Shown here piece by piece: positions 62,978-64,000 of a stretch of 64,000 nt of DNA. A model generated the notes under the pieces. It did not search any database. It was not told the DNA's origin and was given only the letters and a program-made list of their open reading frames with translations. This stretch comes from Podarcis cretensis (lineage: Eukaryota). The stretch is from the NCBI GenBank assembly GCA_951804945.1, contig OX638160.1, positions 46,004,001 through 46,068,000 of the forward strand. Reading direction: 5' to 3'. The first letter of the stretch is position 1. Every line of letters starts with the position of its first letter. The position numbers were made by a program, and so were the translations under genes.

Positions 62978-63318
62978 GGAATGCGGGGGGGCACTGTGGT
63001 CTAAACCACAGAGCCTAGGGCTTGCCGATCAGAAGGTCGGCGGTTCGAATCCCCACAACGGGGTGAACTCTTGTTGCTCGGTCCCTGCTCCTGCCAGCCT
63101 AGCAGTTCGAAAGCACGTCAAAGTGTAAGTACATAAATAGATACCGCTCCAGCAGGAAGGTAAACGGTGTTTCCGTGCGCTGCTCTGGTTCACCAGAAGC
63201 AGCTTAGTCATGCTGGCCACATGACCTGGACGCTGTATGCGGACAAACGCTGGCTCCCTCAGCCAGTAAAGTGAGATGAGCACCGCAACCCCAGAGTCGT
63301 CTGCGACTGGACTTAATA
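62978..63318 (+). mobile_element. Sauria SINE, tail missing
   Basis: Homologous to 9140-9490. Confidence 0.88.
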
Positions 63319-64000
63319 GATTTTCAGGATACTGCATTGTTTCCAAAATAGTACCATGCTTTTGCTACAGTTGTGCGCAAACACAGGACGCTCAAAGCAT
63401 TGAATATGTTTGCACATCAGCATACTGGATTAGTTTCTATGTCAGCAGGAACTTTGAATCCAAAGGACCATGTTTAAAGTTCTGTTTGAGCTCAGAGGCT
63501 TTTCCCTGGCTGTCTCTCATGCCCCCCTGAAGGCTGGGTATACTCTGGAATAGTTTTGGGGCTGCAACCAATGGTGAAAATAATGAAAACCGATCTCCCC
63601 CACATAGAGTGCCAAAAGGGCATGTTGGATCCATAACATAGATACCGGGTGAACTATTTTGTTCTTCACACTTGAAGAGATAAAATAACATGTCAAAATT
63701 GTTTCAGTAAATATGGTAATCATCCATGATAAAGTTATGTAAGTCTTAAGCAACACCCACTCCTCTTATCAGTCTGGTATCCTGGGCATGACTGATAATT
63801 AGAATTAACATAGAAATCGGTCCAGATTCTAAGATGTGTTGAAATTGAATAAGACTGTAGTCGGTAGTCTGCTGTGAATTACAAGAACATTTTCTGTGGT
63901 TTGGTTGGTCTCTTAGTTGGCGACACGAAAGTGATCTTGAGCTTTAATAGCATATATCCATGTTGTTTCTCATTCTAAGCCCTTGCAGAGCAGCACTATT

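Noticed and set aside
32452-64000. ANO10 exon 12 or a nested gene in intron 11
   Set aside because: No HxLLAxKF...PDKP-like peptide or consistent exon chain found by eye; a short exon could have been missed, and tBLASTn would settle it.

Overview
Vertebrate genomic DNA from a squamate, most likely a lacertid lizard, judged from many Sauria/POM-type SINEs. It is not prokaryotic, and almost all ORFs in the track are spurious or transposon-derived. Two genes lie head-to-head. On the minus strand is the first coding exon of a gene I call ABHD5 (24-61) in a CpG island. On the plus strand is ANO10/TMEM16K, with a probable non-coding exon 1 in a second CpG island (donor at 6964) and ten coding exons (12667-32451, 1794 nt, 598 codons, all GT-AG and phase-consistent). 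The remaining ~31.5 kb is ANO10 intron 11; I did not find exon 12. Introns are rich in transposons: TA-flanked Tc1/mariner-type MITEs, hAT-like pieces, Sauria SINEs, L1, L2, RTE, a solo LTR, a Penelope-like inverted element and a DIRS relic. The best leads are: (1) a Penelope-like inverted element with two minimal hammerhead ribozyme motifs, each disabled differently; (2) a 1.26 kb CpG-rich, hairpin-dense, tail-less insertion with a perfect 22-bp TSD, 0.3 kb upstream of exon 7, that could act as an internal promoter; (3) a DIRS element collapsed to ~420 bp that keeps RT and tyrosine-recombinase motifs; (4) inverted MITE pairs bracketing ANO10 exons; (5) a composite ~0.5 kb repeat present twice. 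I found no clearly new protein-coding system. Family names and human comparisons are from memory, not from searches.
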